This document shows positions 26,901-39,006 of a stretch of DNA of 64,000 bases, in pieces. Location of the stretch: contig JAQTYF010000001.1 of NCBI GenBank assembly GCA_028688415.1, forward strand, positions 10,385 to 74,384, in the 5' to 3' direction. This DNA is from Candidatus Moraniibacteriota bacterium (GTDB lineage Bacteria > Patescibacteriota > Minisyncoccia > Moranbacterales > UBA1568). Position numbers and translations under genes: made by a program. Positions within the stretch are counted from its first letter, which is position 1; every line of letters begins with the position of its first letter. The notes under the pieces were generated by a model. That model did no database searches. It had not been told where the DNA came from and saw nothing but the letters and a program-made list of their open reading frames with translations.

Positions 26901-28256
26901 TTATGATCGTATGAGAGCGAGGAGTTCGGCTTGTTTTTCTTCCATCATCTCCAGTGTTTTTGCTTCGAGGTTAAGACGAAGAAGGGGTTCGGTGTTCGAT
27001 GGACGGACATTGAACCACCAATCATCATAATCAACTTTCAGTCCGTCGAGTTCGCTTATTGTGCCATCGCTGTATGTTTCTTTGAGTTTAGTGAGGATAG
27101 CATCTTTGCCTGTCTCGCCGGTAGGTAGGTCGGCAACTTCACTATTGATCTCCACAGAATGAGAATAGCGTTTGAGGTCTTGTACTAATTCGGAAATAGT
27201 TTTTCCTGTCTCGGTCATCAAATTGAGGAGCAAAATAGCAACTAAAGTACTGGCTTCAGCAAAAGAGTTTTCTTCGAAATAGTAGTGTCCAGACAGTTCG
27301 CCGGCGAATATCGCTCCGTCAGCACGCATCTGTCGCTTGATAAAGGCATGTCCGACACGGCATTCTTTGGCAATACCTCCATTTTCCTCGATGACTTCTC
27401 GTACAGCACGAGAGGATCTGAGATCATAGAGAATTGTCGCTCCTGGTTTTTTGGTGAGAATGATTTTTGCGATGAGCCCAGTGATGAGGTCCATTGGAAT
27501 GATGGTTCCTGTTTCGTCGGTAAATCCGACACGATCAGCATCGCCGTCGTAAGCGATACCAAGATCGGCGTGTGTTTCCTTGACCTTGGCACAGAGTTCA
27601 TCGAGAGTCTCGGTCTTGAGAGGATTGGCTTCATGACACTGGAACGGATGATCGAGGTCGTTCCAGAGATTCACGACTTTGATGTTGTCAGAGAATCGTT
27701 CGTACATTGGCAATTCGAGTACTCCCATCGAGTTGGCAGTATCAATGACTACTGTGAATTTTTTGTCCCTGAATGATGCAAAAGAAGAAAAATAGTCATA
27801 GTACACCGGGCGAATATCTTGATTCGTCATTGTTCCTTGTCGTGGTGATGTTTCCCATTGACTCGCCAGTGCGAGATCACGAATTTCACGGAGACCAGAA
27901 TCTTCTCCGACAGGGAGTGCTCCACGGAGAGCGATTTTCACACCATTGTATTGAATAGGATTGTGTGAAGCAGTGAGAGAAATAGCTGCATCGACATCGA
28001 GCCGACCAGCGGCGAAATACACCATCGGCGTTGTGATGACTCCGAGATCGATGACATCGCAACCGCCTTCCATCACGCCACGAGCAAAATGCATAAAGAG
28101 AGCGGGGCTCGATGGTCGAATATCTCGTCCGATAGCGAGACATTTTGGTTTCAGATATGCCACGACGGCTCGTCCGATGTTGTAGGCGTCATCTTCATTG
28201 ATATCGTCTGGATAGACTCCTCGGATATCATAAGCCTTGAAAATTGTTGATTTCAT
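26901..28256 (-). CDS. Phosphomannomutase/phosphoglucomutase (alpha-D-phosphohexomutase family)
   Basis: N-terminal FKAYDIRGVYPDD and phosphoserine loop TASHNP. Mg-binding DGDADR region. 451 aa. Confidence 0.8.
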   Translation of the reverse strand: MKSTIFKAYDIRGVYPDDINEDDAYNIGRAVVAYLKPKCLAIGRDIRPSSPALFMHFARGVMEGGCDVIDLGVITTPMVYFAAGRLDVDAAISLTASHNPIQYNGVKIALRGALPVGEDSGLREIRDLALASQWETSPRQGTMTNQDIRPVYYDYFSSFASFRDKKFTVVIDTANSMGVLELPMYERFSDNIKVVNLWNDLDHPFQCHEANPLKTETLDELCAKVKETHADLGIAYDGDADRVGFTDETGTIIPMDLITGLIAKIILTKKPGATILYDLRSSRAVREVIEENGGIAKECRVGHAFIKRQMRADGAIFAGELSGHYYFEENSFAEASTLVAILLLNLMTETGKTISELVQDLKRYSHSVEINSEVADLPTGETGKDAILTKLKETYSDGTISELDGLKVDYDDWWFNVRPSNTEPLLRLNLEAKTLEMMEEKQAELLALIRS

Positions 28257-28335
28257 AGCAAGAGTATAAAAAATAATACTTCCAGTATATCACAATAATT
28301 TCCTCTTGGTTTCCAAATATGAAAAAATGAGCACA

Positions 28336-28364
28336 TTTTATTTCTTGACGAAAAAGCAAAAAAG
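28336..28364 (+). promoter_or_regulatory. Sigma70-like promoter TTGACG-17-TATAAT
   Basis: TTCTTGACGAAAAAGCAAAAAAGATGTATAATAT, followed by GGAGG (28399-28403) and ATG 28410. Confidence 0.5.
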
Positions 28365-28409
28365 ATGTATAATATAAGTTCAGTTCTTTTACTTTTTTGG
28401 AGGTTTCAA

Positions 28410-29150
28410 ATGGAAAAAGCACTTGTTATTCCAGGGTTCAAAACGAACCTCGTTCGAGTACTCGATGACGATACCGCGTCATTCGATCAGTTGGCGAAAT
28501 TACTCGTTTTTCAGCCATCGATCATTGCGTTGCTCTTTGGTGCGGCAGTAAAAATCTGTAACGAGATGCACTGTGCGATTTTGCACCGACCACAGTCCGT
28601 ACATGGCATAATAAACGTCCTTGGTTTCAATGGTGTCATCAGGCAAATCGACAATATTGAAGAAGTATCGTACGAGAAGCGGGATGATATCGTCCAGAAC
28701 GCTATCGTCCAGAATGCACGCGATACCTATGAATCGTCGCGGGTATTGGCGAGGTTTGCTGAGATAGAGTTTGGGTGGGTCGTCCAGAATCGGGTCCAGG
28801 CACAAAACTTTTTCCTCTACGGGTGTCTTGCCGGAACAGGGGATCAAGAGCTCATAGATTCTTTCAATGAGTCACAAGAGTTTTCTCGCCATCTGTCTTC
28901 CAGTAAAGATGCGAATATTCCATCACCGGCAATAGCGACTGCTCTTGTGAAACAATTCCGTAAACATGGACGGACACATGTTGACGGTTTCTTCACAGAA
29001 GGTTTCTGCGGATACAAAGAAGAATCTTTCAAGAAACGAACCTGGAGTAGTCTTTATGACGAATGGGAATCGGCGGATCATGATATTAGTTTCATGTTCA
29101 GACGTATCGCAGAAGAATCTAAGAGCGACCGTCCTCTCTACGCTCCATGA
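28410..29150 (+). CDS. Hypothetical protein, possibly HDOD-like. Start taken at MEKAL (28410) after the RBS; the ORF extends to 28365.
   Basis: Segment IPGFKTNLVRVLDDDTASFDQLAKLLVFQPSIIALLFGAA weakly resembles the HDOD N-terminal pattern. Confidence 0.4.
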   Translation: MEKALVIPGFKTNLVRVLDDDTASFDQLAKLLVFQPSIIALLFGAAVKICNEMHCAILHRPQSVHGIINVLGFNGVIRQIDNIEEVSYEKRDDIVQNAIVQNARDTYESSRVLARFAEIEFGWVVQNRVQAQNFFLYGCLAGTGDQELIDSFNESQEFSRHLSSSKDANIPSPAIATALVKQFRKHGRTHVDGFFTEGFCGYKEESFKKRTWSSLYDEWESADHDISFMFRRIAEESKSDRPLYAP

Positions 29151-29298
29151 GAGTTCATGCCGCAGGCACTTGTTGTTTAGTAAACAGCAGGTGCCTTTTT
29201 TTTGACTTTACTGTTTCTTTCTGTAAGAATAGAGTATGCTTTTGATTTTTCTTTGAGCTAAAAAGCTAACAAAGTTAATAAACTACAAGCTTTTCCTT

Positions 29299-30390
29299 AT
29301 GGCATTACAAGTAGGTATTGTGGGACTCCCGAACGTCGGAAAATCAACATTGTTCAAAGCGCTCACTCGGAAAGCAGTGGATATTAACAATTATCCGTTT
29401 TGTACGATTGAGCCGAACGTCGGTATTGTCGAAGTGCCTGATGAACGTCTCGCGCAACTTGCCAAAATCTCAGGAACGAAAAAAATCATCCCAGCGGTGA
29501 TTGAGTTTGTCGATATTGCTGGTCTGGTGAAAGGTGCGAGTGAGGGAGAAGGACTCGGGAACAAGTTTCTTGCGAACATCCGAGAAGTGGATGCTATCGT
29601 CGAAGTCGTCAGAGTATTCCCCGCTCAAAGCGGGTCCGCCTCGGGCGGAGAGATTATTCATGTCTATCAGACAATCGACCCAGAGCGAGATATCGATATC
29701 ATCAATACTGAGCTTATCTTGGCTGATATGGAAACCGTCGAAAAAAGAAAATTGAAATCAGGAAAAGATGCTCGTGCCGGGAAGAAAGAGGCTGTGATAG
29801 AAATGGCGGTACTCGAAAAACTGGAAGCGGAATTCCAGGCTGGCCGTCTGCCTCATGCCATCATGGAAACATTCTCTACCGAAGAAAAAAAAGTCGTGAA
29901 GGGTCTCCAGCTCCTCACAACCAAACCGTTTCTCTATGTCTACAATGTTTCAGATATCGATCGTGCGCTCAGTGGAGAACTCGAAGCGAGACCGCACGTG
30001 AAAATCGATATTAAAATTGAGGAAGAATTGATCGAGATGTCTCCCGAAGAAATTACCGAAATGGGACTCGTTTCGCATATCGGAGACCTCGCCAAGCAAG
30101 CGTATACGCTTCTCGGACTCATGACGTATTTCACGACTGGCGTGGAAGAAACCCGTGCCTGGACTATTCCTCTCGGCTCGACTGCACCACAGGCAGGCAG
30201 TGCTATTCACAATGATTTTGAAGAGAAATTTATCAGAGCTGAAGTAATCCATGAGACGTTACTCCTCGAAGTTGCCAGTCTTTCAGTGGGTAAAGATCCA
30301 TGGAGCGCTTCACGTGACACTGGAGCCCTCCGCCTCGAAGGCAAAAACTACATCGTGCAGGACGGCGATGTGATGGTGTTCAAGGTATAG
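29299..30390 (+). CDS. ychF: Ribosome-binding ATPase YchF (Obg-family GTPase)
   Basis: P-loop [21 protein letters not shown]-like C-terminus ending ...[16 protein letters not shown]. Confidence 0.9.
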   Translation: MALQVGIVGLPNVGKSTLFKALTRKAVDINNYPFCTIEPNVGIVEVPDERLAQLAKISGTKKIIPAVIEFVDIAGLVKGASEGEGLGNKFLANIREVDAIVEVVRVFPAQSGSASGGEIIHVYQTIDPERDIDIINTELILADMETVEKRKLKSGKDARAGKKEAVIEMAVLEKLEAEFQAGRLPHAIMETFSTEEKKVVKGLQLLTTKPFLYVYNVSDIDRALSGELEARPHVKIDIKIEEELIEMSPEEITEMGLVSHIGDLAKQAYTLLGLMTYFTTGVEETRAWTIPLGSTAPQAGSAIHNDFEEKFIRAEVIHETLLLEVASLSVGKDPWSASRDTGALRLEGKNYIVQDGDVMVFKV

Positions 30391-30445
30391 CACTCTCGTC
30401 GAATGATCTTTTAGAAAAGTAATGAGCATGCTGAAAGCAAAGGTC

Positions 30446-30486
30446 TTGACACTCATTTTCTGGCAGTCTATAATAGAGAGTGCTAA
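30446..30486 (+). promoter_or_regulatory. groEL promoter TTGACA-17-TATAAT overlapped by a degenerate CIRCE-like inverted repeat (CTGGCAGTC-N9-GAGTGCTAA)
   Basis: TTGACA 30446-30451 and TATAAT 30469-30474. Right half-site GAGTGCTAA (30478-30486) is a perfect CIRCE half. The left half matches TTAGCACTC at 6/9 positions. Confidence 0.4.
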
Positions 30487-30558
30487 TAGATAAATTGTTT
30501 CATACATTTTATTCTTTCGTTTTTTGTTTCTTGTTGAACAATAAAAAAGAAAGAATAA

Positions 30559-32217
<1,659 letters not shown>

Positions 32218-32341
32218 TTTTGAAGCAATTTCCTAAATATCAATTGCAGGACAGTGAGCATGAATGAAAAAAAGAGACTCTCGAAACAGAGTCTCTTTTT
32301 GTATGGTATAATAAAAACAAATAAAAATAATTTCGAGTTCT

Positions 32342-34090
32342 ATGCGTATAGAAAATAAAGACCTGGAAAAATTCTTAATTGATTCGAATATTCTTTCGAA
32401 AGAAGTTGTCGAAGAGAATGTGCTCGAGGCACAAAAAGAGAAGAAAAATCTCGGGATATTGCTTCTTGAAAAAAAATTAGTCGAGGAGGCAGAACTTCAG
32501 AAAATGTACGCGTATATTCTCGGAATCCCGTTTGTAGATCTGACCAAGGAAACTATTTCGATGGAAGTATTGCAGATCGTTCCAGAACTTATTGCCAAAA
32601 AATACAATATCGTTTCTTTTGAGAAAAATGGTGCCAATCTGAAAATTGCGATGCTCAATCCTGAAGATCTGCAAACGATTGATTTTATTCGCAAAAAAAC
32701 AGGACTCAAAATAGTGCCATGCCTGACAACCCGAGAGAGTATTCAAGGAGTGCTTCGTCAGTATGAGAAGAGTCTCAAGGCAGAATTTGGTGACATGTTG
32801 ACGGGAGATATCACGGCTGAGGGTGAGAGTAGAGAGGATGAGAATCTCGAACAAGTCGCTGCAGGGTTACCTATTATTCGTATTGTCGACACGCTTCTCA
32901 AACATGCTATTCTCGAATCTGCCAGTGATATCCATATCGAACCAGATGAGAAGGAAGTTCACGTGCGCTATCGTATTGATGGAGTGCTCCATGATGCTAT
33001 GACACTTCCGAAGGATGTTGCTGGAGGTATCGTCGCTCGTATCAAGGTGCTCGCGAACCTGAAACTCGATGAACATAGATTGCCACAAGATGGTCGTTTC
33101 AAGATTCAGAATGATGAATATAAGATATCGTTTCGTGTGAGTATGCTCCCGGTGTTTGATGGTGAGAAAATCGTAATGCGTCTCTTAGATGAATCTTCCA
33201 AGGGTCTTACGCTTGAGAAAATGGGACTTGCAGGAACGGCACTTGAGGCAGTTCATCGCGAAATCGGCAAGCCAAACGGTATGATTCTTGTGACAGGACC
33301 GACGGGTTCAGGGAAAACGACGACACTCTATACGGTGATGGACATTCTGAACAGACCGGAAGTAAACATCAGTACCGTGGAAGATCCAGTAGAGTATCGT
33401 ATGCCGAGAGTGAATCAGACTCAGATCAATCCGAAGGTCGGTATGACTTTTGCAGCAGCTCTTCGTTCGCTTCTCCGTCAGGATCCAGATATCATTATGG
33501 TGGGTGAAATCCGTGATCAAGAGACGCTCGAGATTGCGATGCATGCAGCTATGACAGGACATCTTGTACTTTCGACCCTTCATACCAACAGTGCTGCTGC
33601 GACACTTCCTCGTATGATTGATATGGGTGCTGAGCCATTCCTCATTGCATCGACTGTCAATGTCATTATTGCTCAACGTCTCATCCGTCGTCTCTGCGTC
33701 GAATGTCGCAAACCGTATACACTTGATCCAAAAGAAATTGATTCTCTTTCCAAATCATACAATATCGAAAATATTTTCACATTTCTCAAGAATGATCCTG
33801 TAGGAAAGAAATTTGTTGAGAAGGCAAAAAATTGGAACGAGATCACTTTTTATAAAGCTACTGGTTGTGAGCAATGTGGTGGTGAAGGTTATCATGGACG
33901 AAATGGTGTCTATGAAGTGCTTGCAATGGATACAACGATCCGTAAACTCATCACACAATCTGCAACGACCGAAGAACTCGAAGCGGAAGCAAAAAAAGCT
34001 GGTATGACGACGATGGTAGAGGACGGCTTTCTCAAAATGGTGCAGGGGATTACATCACTCGAAGAAGTGATGCTCGCAACAAAGGAATAG
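32342..34090 (+). CDS. pilB: Type IV pilus / type II secretion assembly ATPase (PilB/GspE family)
   Basis: N-terminal T2SSE_N-like domain, Walker A VTGPTGSGKTTTL, Asp box, His box, and tetracysteine cluster CVECRK...CEQCGGEGYHGR. Confidence 0.75.
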   Translation: MRIENKDLEKFLIDSNILSKEVVEENVLEAQKEKKNLGILLLEKKLVEEAELQKMYAYILGIPFVDLTKETISMEVLQIVPELIAKKYNIVSFEKNGANLKIAMLNPEDLQTIDFIRKKTGLKIVPCLTTRESIQGVLRQYEKSLKAEFGDMLTGDITAEGESREDENLEQVAAGLPIIRIVDTLLKHAILESASDIHIEPDEKEVHVRYRIDGVLHDAMTLPKDVAGGIVARIKVLANLKLDEHRLPQDGRFKIQNDEYKISFRVSMLPVFDGEKIVMRLLDESSKGLTLEKMGLAGTALEAVHREIGKPNGMILVTGPTGSGKTTTLYTVMDILNRPEVNISTVEDPVEYRMPRVNQTQINPKVGMTFAAALRSLLRQDPDIIMVGEIRDQETLEIAMHAAMTGHLVLSTLHTNSAAATLPRMIDMGAEPFLIASTVNVIIAQRLIRRLCVECRKPYTLDPKEIDSLSKSYNIENIFTFLKNDPVGKKFVEKAKNWNEITFYKATGCEQCGGEGYHGRNGVYEVLAMDTTIRKLITQSATTEELEAEAKKAGMTTMVEDGFLKMVQGITSLEEVMLATKE

Positions 34091-34145
34091 AGAGAAGAGA
34101 CAGATACAGGATAAGTGGTAAAAGATAGAGAAGAATGAAAGAGTA

Positions 34146-34175
34146 AAAAAACCGCGGATGCGCGGTTTTTATTTT
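34146..34175. terminator. Bidirectional rho-independent terminator (AAAAACCGCG-GATG-CGCGGTTTTT)
   Basis: Perfect GC-rich 6-bp core stem extended by A/T pairs, with T-runs on both strands. Between convergent pilB and rel. Confidence 0.7.
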
Positions 34176-34185
34176 TCATCAATTA

Positions 34186-35691
34186 TCACTTCTCGGGCTT
34201 GAATTCGTTATTATGATGTTCTTGACGAATACGTGATTTGGCAGTGGATGTCTTTACAAAGTTGAGCCAGTCGCGACTTGGCTTTTTCTTTTCTTTGGTA
34301 GTGAGGATTTCTATCACTTGACCATTCTGGATATGATAATCGAGAGGAACCATTTTCCTGTCTGCTTTGGCACCGATAGTTCTGTTTCCTATCTCACTAT
34401 GGATAGCATAAGCAAAATCAATGGGCGTAGCTTCTTCGGGAAGCTCGATAATATCCCCTTGTGGAGTGAACGCAAAAATGTGATTTTTGAAAAATTCGAT
34501 ACGGAGTCCCTCAGCAAATTCTTTGTCATCACGTCCGATTTCTTTCTGCCATTCTTTGAGCTGTTTGACCCATGTGAGCTCTCGAGGAAGGGTTGCTGGA
34601 TCTGTTTTCTTGGGAAAAAAGAGATCCTTCCAATGAGTTTTTGCTTTTTCAGTATACATCCAGTGAGCAGCGATACCATATTCGGATTCATCGTGCATTT
34701 TTTGTGTACGAATTTGGATCTCGAGGATTCGCCCATCCGGACCAAAGACAGTCGTGTGGAGTGATTGGTAGCCATTGGGTTTTGGAAGAGAGATATAGTC
34801 TTTGATACGACCGACCATCGGACGATACTCACGATGGATGATACCGAGCACTTCATAGCAATCAGCAATCGTCTGAACGACTATTCGGATAGCGATGAAA
34901 TCATAGATATGAGTGACGTCCATATCATGACGCTTGAGTTTCTGATAGAGCCTGTATGGGTGTTTTGTACGCCCGCTTATGTTGAGTGTCTGTATCTTTT
35001 CCTTCTCGAGTACTTCACCAAAAAGTTTGAGTACACGATTCATATATTCTGTACCTTTGTTGAGATAGGTCTCTTCTATTTTTTTTGTTTCGGCATAATG
35101 TTCTGGCTCGAGGTGTTTGAAACAGAGGTCTTCGAGTTCACCTTTTATTTCTCCGATACCAAGACGGTTGGCGATAGGGGCGTAGACTTCCATTGTCTCT
35201 CGTGCGATACGTTCTTGTTTCTCTGGAGGGAGATATTCAAGTGTTCGCATATTATGGAGACGGTCTGCGAGTTTGATAATGACGACACGAATATCCTGAG
35301 CCATGGCAAGAAACATCTTTCGGAGGTTCTCGAGATGATATTCTTCTTTTGTTCCACGAAGCTTTATTTTTCCGAGCTTGGTGATGCCATCGATGAGATA
35401 AGTCACTTCCTTTCCGAATTTTTTTTCGATTTCTGACAAAGTTATCGGAGTATCTTCTGGGACATCATGGAGGAGAGATGCGATGATCGTCGTCGTATCC
35501 ATACCAATTTCAGTGAGTGTCTTGGCAACATGGAGACAATGGACGATATAGTCAGCTCCTGATTTCCTCTTCTGTCCTCGGTGGGCATTTTCTGCAAATT
35601 GGTATGCTTCAGTGATAGCTTTCTGGTCAGTACTCGAGAGAGGGCGAGCAGCAGATCGGAATATATCGTTGAGAGTGATGGGAGTGGGCAT
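34186..35691 (-). CDS. rel: Bifunctional (p)ppGpp synthetase/hydrolase, RelA/SpoT (Rel) family. Short form with HD, synthetase and TGS domains.
   Basis: HD hydrolase motif (HCLHVAKTL...HDVPED), RelA_SpoT synthetase region (GRTKHPYRLYQKL...IYDFIAIRIVV), TGS domain (IFAFTPQGDIIELPEEATPIDFAYAIHSEIG). Confidence 0.8.
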   Translation of the reverse strand: MPTPITLNDIFRSAARPLSSTDQKAITEAYQFAENAHRGQKRKSGADYIVHCLHVAKTLTEIGMDTTTIIASLLHDVPEDTPITLSEIEKKFGKEVTYLIDGITKLGKIKLRGTKEEYHLENLRKMFLAMAQDIRVVIIKLADRLHNMRTLEYLPPEKQERIARETMEVYAPIANRLGIGEIKGELEDLCFKHLEPEHYAETKKIEETYLNKGTEYMNRVLKLFGEVLEKEKIQTLNISGRTKHPYRLYQKLKRHDMDVTHIYDFIAIRIVVQTIADCYEVLGIIHREYRPMVGRIKDYISLPKPNGYQSLHTTVFGPDGRILEIQIRTQKMHDESEYGIAAHWMYTEKAKTHWKDLFFPKKTDPATLPRELTWVKQLKEWQKEIGRDDKEFAEGLRIEFFKNHIFAFTPQGDIIELPEEATPIDFAYAIHSEIGNRTIGAKADRKMVPLDYHIQNGQVIEILTTKEKKKPSRDWLNFVKTSTAKSRIRQEHHNNEFKPEK

Positions 35692-35751
35692 ATTGTTGAA
35701 AGAATAAGGATAATATCAATATATCCAGTATAGACCAAACTGAAAGGAGAG

Positions 35752-35826
35752 CAACCCCGCCCGCATCGCTTCGCCAGCCCGCAGTAGATACAGCGTTTCT
35801 GGCGGGCGTAGCGATGCGGGCGGGCC
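35752..35826. repeat. GC-rich imperfect palindrome (CCCGCCCGCATCGCT...CGCCAG...CTGGCG...AGCGATGCGGGCGGG) in the divergent rel / Fur-family intergenic region
   Basis: 15-bp perfect outer arms plus inner CGCCAG/CTGGCG arms. The local GC content is far above the window average. Confidence 0.6.
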
Positions 35827-35898
35827 TATTCACTCATTATTTTTTTAGAACACTGTTTCAGCTTGACAAATGCAACTGAGTTGCGTTAATATGAACAC

Positions 35899-36342
35899 AT
35901 GGGAAAATATACAGAAGAAATATATCGAATACTTGAGGAGAATCATCTCCGCCTGACTCAGACGAGGAAGGTGTTGCTTGATATTCTTTTTTTAGAGGAA
36001 GATCCTCTTTCTGCTACTCATATTCTCGGAAAAATGTCAGAGCGAGAGTGTGATGTGAACAAAACGACCGTCTATCGAGCGCTCGAACAATTTGAAGAGA
36101 GAGGTATAGTGAGGGGAGTGCAACTCGGAGATCGTACAAAATACTACGAACTTGCTTCTCGTGATCATCATCACCATCTCGTCTGTGTGCAGTGTGAGTG
36201 TGTCGAGGATATCGATATGGACGAGACGACACTTTCGGAGGAAGAGAAGAAAGTGGGTCAGGAGAGGGGATTCGCTATTCTGAGGCATTCTCTCGAATTC
36301 TTTGGAATATGCAGAAACTGTCATACATCACCAAGTAAGTAA
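35899..36342 (+). CDS. Fur-family metalloregulator (probable Zur, given the downstream metal ABC uptake operon)
   Basis: Winged-helix N-terminus, HHHH plus C-x2-C ... C-x2-C metal sites (DHHHHLVCVQCECV...GICRNC). Confidence 0.75.
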   Translation: MGKYTEEIYRILEENHLRLTQTRKVLLDILFLEEDPLSATHILGKMSERECDVNKTTVYRALEQFEERGIVRGVQLGDRTKYYELASRDHHHHLVCVQCECVEDIDMDETTLSEEEKKVGQERGFAILRHSLEFFGICRNCHTSPSK

Positions 36343-36425
36343 TTTTATATCAAAATCCCACGGCCGTGGAATTATGATAGGATTTGAATAAGGAGGCTAT
36401 TTTGTAAGACTAACTATAAGAAAGT

Positions 36426-37367
36426 ATGAATATGCAGAAAAAAATATTTTTCATTATCTTGATTATAACTCTTATTGGCGGTGGAATTTTTGGTCTCACA
36501 CGAATGAAATCGAAAATAGAAACAAGTGAGAAAAAAATACAGGTAGTAACAACACTTTTCCCTCTGTATGACTTTGTCAGAGTGATAGGGCAAGAGAGAG
36601 TAGATGTGTCGCTCCTCCTTCCTCCAGGAGTGGAAGCTCATTCTTTCGAACCTAGACCAAGTGATATTGTGAAGATCAATACATCTGACCTTTTTGTGTA
36701 CACTGGAAAATTTATGGAACCGTGGGCAGAAGACATCATCAATGGTGTCACAAATAAAAAGGTACAATTCGTCAATACTGGGAATGGTATAGAGCTTCTC
36801 AAACTTACCGAGGGTATGCCCGATGAGGCTCATGGAATCGATCCTCATATCTGGCTTGATTTTGATAACAACAAAATGATGATTGACAGTATAGTACAGG
36901 CACTCGTAGCAAGAGATCCTGCGAATGTGTCGTTCTATGAAAAAAATGCTACCGACTACAAAAAGAAATTAGAAGAGTTGGATAGCCAATACAAAACATC
37001 ATCGACAACATGTGAAAACAGAATGATTGTATACGGAGGACACTATGCTTTTGGATATTTGGCCAAGAGATATCATCTGGAATACCTCGCCGCCCAGGGT
37101 CTCGCACCAGATGCTGAACCTACTGCGAATGATCTGGTGAAATTGGTCAAACAGGTCAAACAAAATAATATCAAGTATGTTTTCTATGAAGAGATGACCA
37201 CTCCAGAAATTGCTGAAACCATTGCCAATGAGACAGACGCGAAAATGCTTCTTCTGAATGCCGCGCATAATGTGAGTAGAGAAGACATTGAAAACAATAT
37301 TTCTTTCCTTTCAATGATGACAGAAAATTTAACCAATCTAAAAACTGGTCTTGGTTGTAGTGAATAA
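36426..37367 (+). CDS. Metal ABC transporter substrate-binding protein (ZnuA/TroA cluster-9 family)
   Basis: N-terminal TM/signal sequence, VVTTLFPLYDF..., HSFEP and DPHIWLD metal-binding motifs. Confidence 0.75.
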   Translation: MNMQKKIFFIILIITLIGGGIFGLTRMKSKIETSEKKIQVVTTLFPLYDFVRVIGQERVDVSLLLPPGVEAHSFEPRPSDIVKINTSDLFVYTGKFMEPWAEDIINGVTNKKVQFVNTGNGIELLKLTEGMPDEAHGIDPHIWLDFDNNKMMIDSIVQALVARDPANVSFYEKNATDYKKKLEELDSQYKTSSTTCENRMIVYGGHYAFGYLAKRYHLEYLAAQGLAPDAEPTANDLVKLVKQVKQNNIKYVFYEEMTTPEIAETIANETDAKMLLLNAAHNVSREDIENNISFLSMMTENLTNLKTGLGCSE

Positions 37368-38124
37368 AATTATGGAAACAATCATTGAAACAAAAAACCT
37401 TTCCGTGAATTACGGACAGACAGAAGTATTGAAAGATATTTCTTTTGCCGTTGAACAAGGTGATTTTATAGGGCTTGCCGGACCCAATGGCGCAGGGAAA
37501 ACAACGCTTGTAAAAGCTCTCCTCGGGTTGTTGCCCATTTCCAAAGGAGAAATTGAACTCTTCGGAAAGACAAAAGAAAACTTTGATGAGTGGGGGAAAA
37601 TTGGGTATCTCCCTCAGAAATTCTCTACCATGAATGCACTTTTTCCTGCCACCGTTGCTGAGGTAGTGATGCTTGGTCTTCTATCACAAAAGAAATTTCC
37701 CAAAAAGATAACGACAAAGGATCACGAAAAAGTTGATAAGATTTTGCAAGAACTCGGCGTGAGCAATCTGAAAAAAAGAATGCTTTCAGAACTTTCTGGT
37801 GGACAACAGCAAAAAGTGTTTTTGGCGCGTGCTTTGGTTCCAGATCCGAAAGTTCTTATTTTTGATGAGCCGTCGACCGCTCTCGATCCCGAATCCAGGG
37901 AATCATTTTTTCAACTGATACAAAAACTCAATAAACAAAATGGTATTACTATTATTCTCATCACCCACGACACGGGTTATATCGGGCAATACACCAATAA
38001 ACTCCTTTATATTGATAAAAGCGTTATTTATTTTGGTAAATTTTCCGATTTTTGTATTTCCGAAAAAATGAATTCTTATTTTGGAAAATATGAACAACAT
38101 ATAATTTGCCATCAGCACGACTAA
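37351..38124 (+). CDS. Metal ABC transporter ATP-binding protein (ZnuC-like)
   Basis: Walker A GLAGPNGAGKTTL, signature LSGGQQQKV, Walker B LIFDEPS. Confidence 0.8.
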   Translation: MVVVNKIMETIIETKNLSVNYGQTEVLKDISFAVEQGDFIGLAGPNGAGKTTLVKALLGLLPISKGEIELFGKTKENFDEWGKIGYLPQKFSTMNALFPATVAEVVMLGLLSQKKFPKKITTKDHEKVDKILQELGVSNLKKRMLSELSGGQQQKVFLARALVPDPKVLIFDEPSTALDPESRESFFQLIQKLNKQNGITIILITHDTGYIGQYTNKLLYIDKSVIYFGKFSDFCISEKMNSYFGKYEQHIICHQHD

Positions 38125-38125
38125 T

Positions 38126-38932
38126 ATGGAAATACTCACTTTTTTACAGTACACGTTCATTCAAAAAGCATTTTTCGCTGGCTCATTCGTGGCGATTGTT
38201 TGTTCAGCGCTTGGTCTGTTTCTTGTGTTGCGAAAAATGTCACTCATTGGCGACGGACTTTCTCATGTCAGTTTTGGTGCTATTGCACTCGGTTTATTCC
38301 TGGGAATATATCCTTTCTATATTGCTGTTCCGATCGTGATGATTGCGTCTCTCTTTATCTTGAAAATTAGCGAAAAAGCTAGAGTATATGGCGACGCTGC
38401 AATTGGTATTGTTTCAGCTGTTGGGATTGCTTCGGGTGTTATTCTTGCGAGTGTTTCCAAGGGATTCAGTGTTGATCTTTTCAGTTATCTTTTCGGAAAC
38501 ATCTTAGCTATTAGCACTATCGAAGTTGTTTTGTCGGTTATGCTTTCCTTTGTGGTTTTAGCAGTGATATATTTTTTCTATTGGGACTTGTTCTCCGCAA
38601 CTTTTGATGAAGAATACGCCAAGACGACTGGTATAAAAACGAACTTTATTCATACACTTTTGACATTACTCACCGCTGTGACAGTAGTTCTGTCTGTCAA
38701 AATGGTTGGAATTATGCTTGTCTCCGCACTTCTTATTCTCCCTGCTGTTACATCTCTGCAGTGTGCCAAAGGTTTCAAGGGAGCGATGATCATTGCTGGT
38801 TTTGTTTCACTTTTTTCGGTGCTATTTGGGATAACCTTTTCTTTTTTCCTTGATTTTCCGACGGGAGCGACAATCGTGATGATGAATGTTTTCTTTTTCG
38901 TGCTTGCACTGATATACAAACGTTTGGAATAA
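38126..38932 (+). CDS. Metal ABC transporter permease (ABC-3/ZnuB-like)
   Basis: Eight or nine TM helices. Directly follows the ATPase with a 1-nt gap. Confidence 0.75.
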   Translation: MEILTFLQYTFIQKAFFAGSFVAIVCSALGLFLVLRKMSLIGDGLSHVSFGAIALGLFLGIYPFYIAVPIVMIASLFILKISEKARVYGDAAIGIVSAVGIASGVILASVSKGFSVDLFSYLFGNILAISTIEVVLSVMLSFVVLAVIYFFYWDLFSATFDEEYAKTTGIKTNFIHTLLTLLTAVTVVLSVKMVGIMLVSALLILPAVTSLQCAKGFKGAMIIAGFVSLFSVLFGITFSFFLDFPTGATIVMMNVFFFVLALIYKRLE

Positions 38933-39006
38933 GAATACTTTTCTCTTTTTGTCTTCTCGTTTGACAAGTGGTATACTGAGAATACTAATTCTTTTGTCGT
39001 GATGTT

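Noticed and set aside
28365-28409. Upstream extension of ORF 28365..29150 (MYNISSVLLLFWRFQ...)
   Set aside because: The extension overlaps a well-formed TTGACG-17-TATAAT promoter, and a GGAGG RBS precedes the internal ATG at 28410. The longer start is unlikely.
30460-30486. Canonical CIRCE (TTAGCACTC-N9-GAGTGCTAA) upstream of groEL
   Set aside because: Only the right half is perfect. The left half has 3 mismatches, so it is reported only as a degenerate CIRCE-like site.
35627-35833. ORF 35627..35833 (-) through the GC-rich palindrome
   Set aside because: It overlaps the 5' end of rel and consists largely of the palindrome translation. No independent support.
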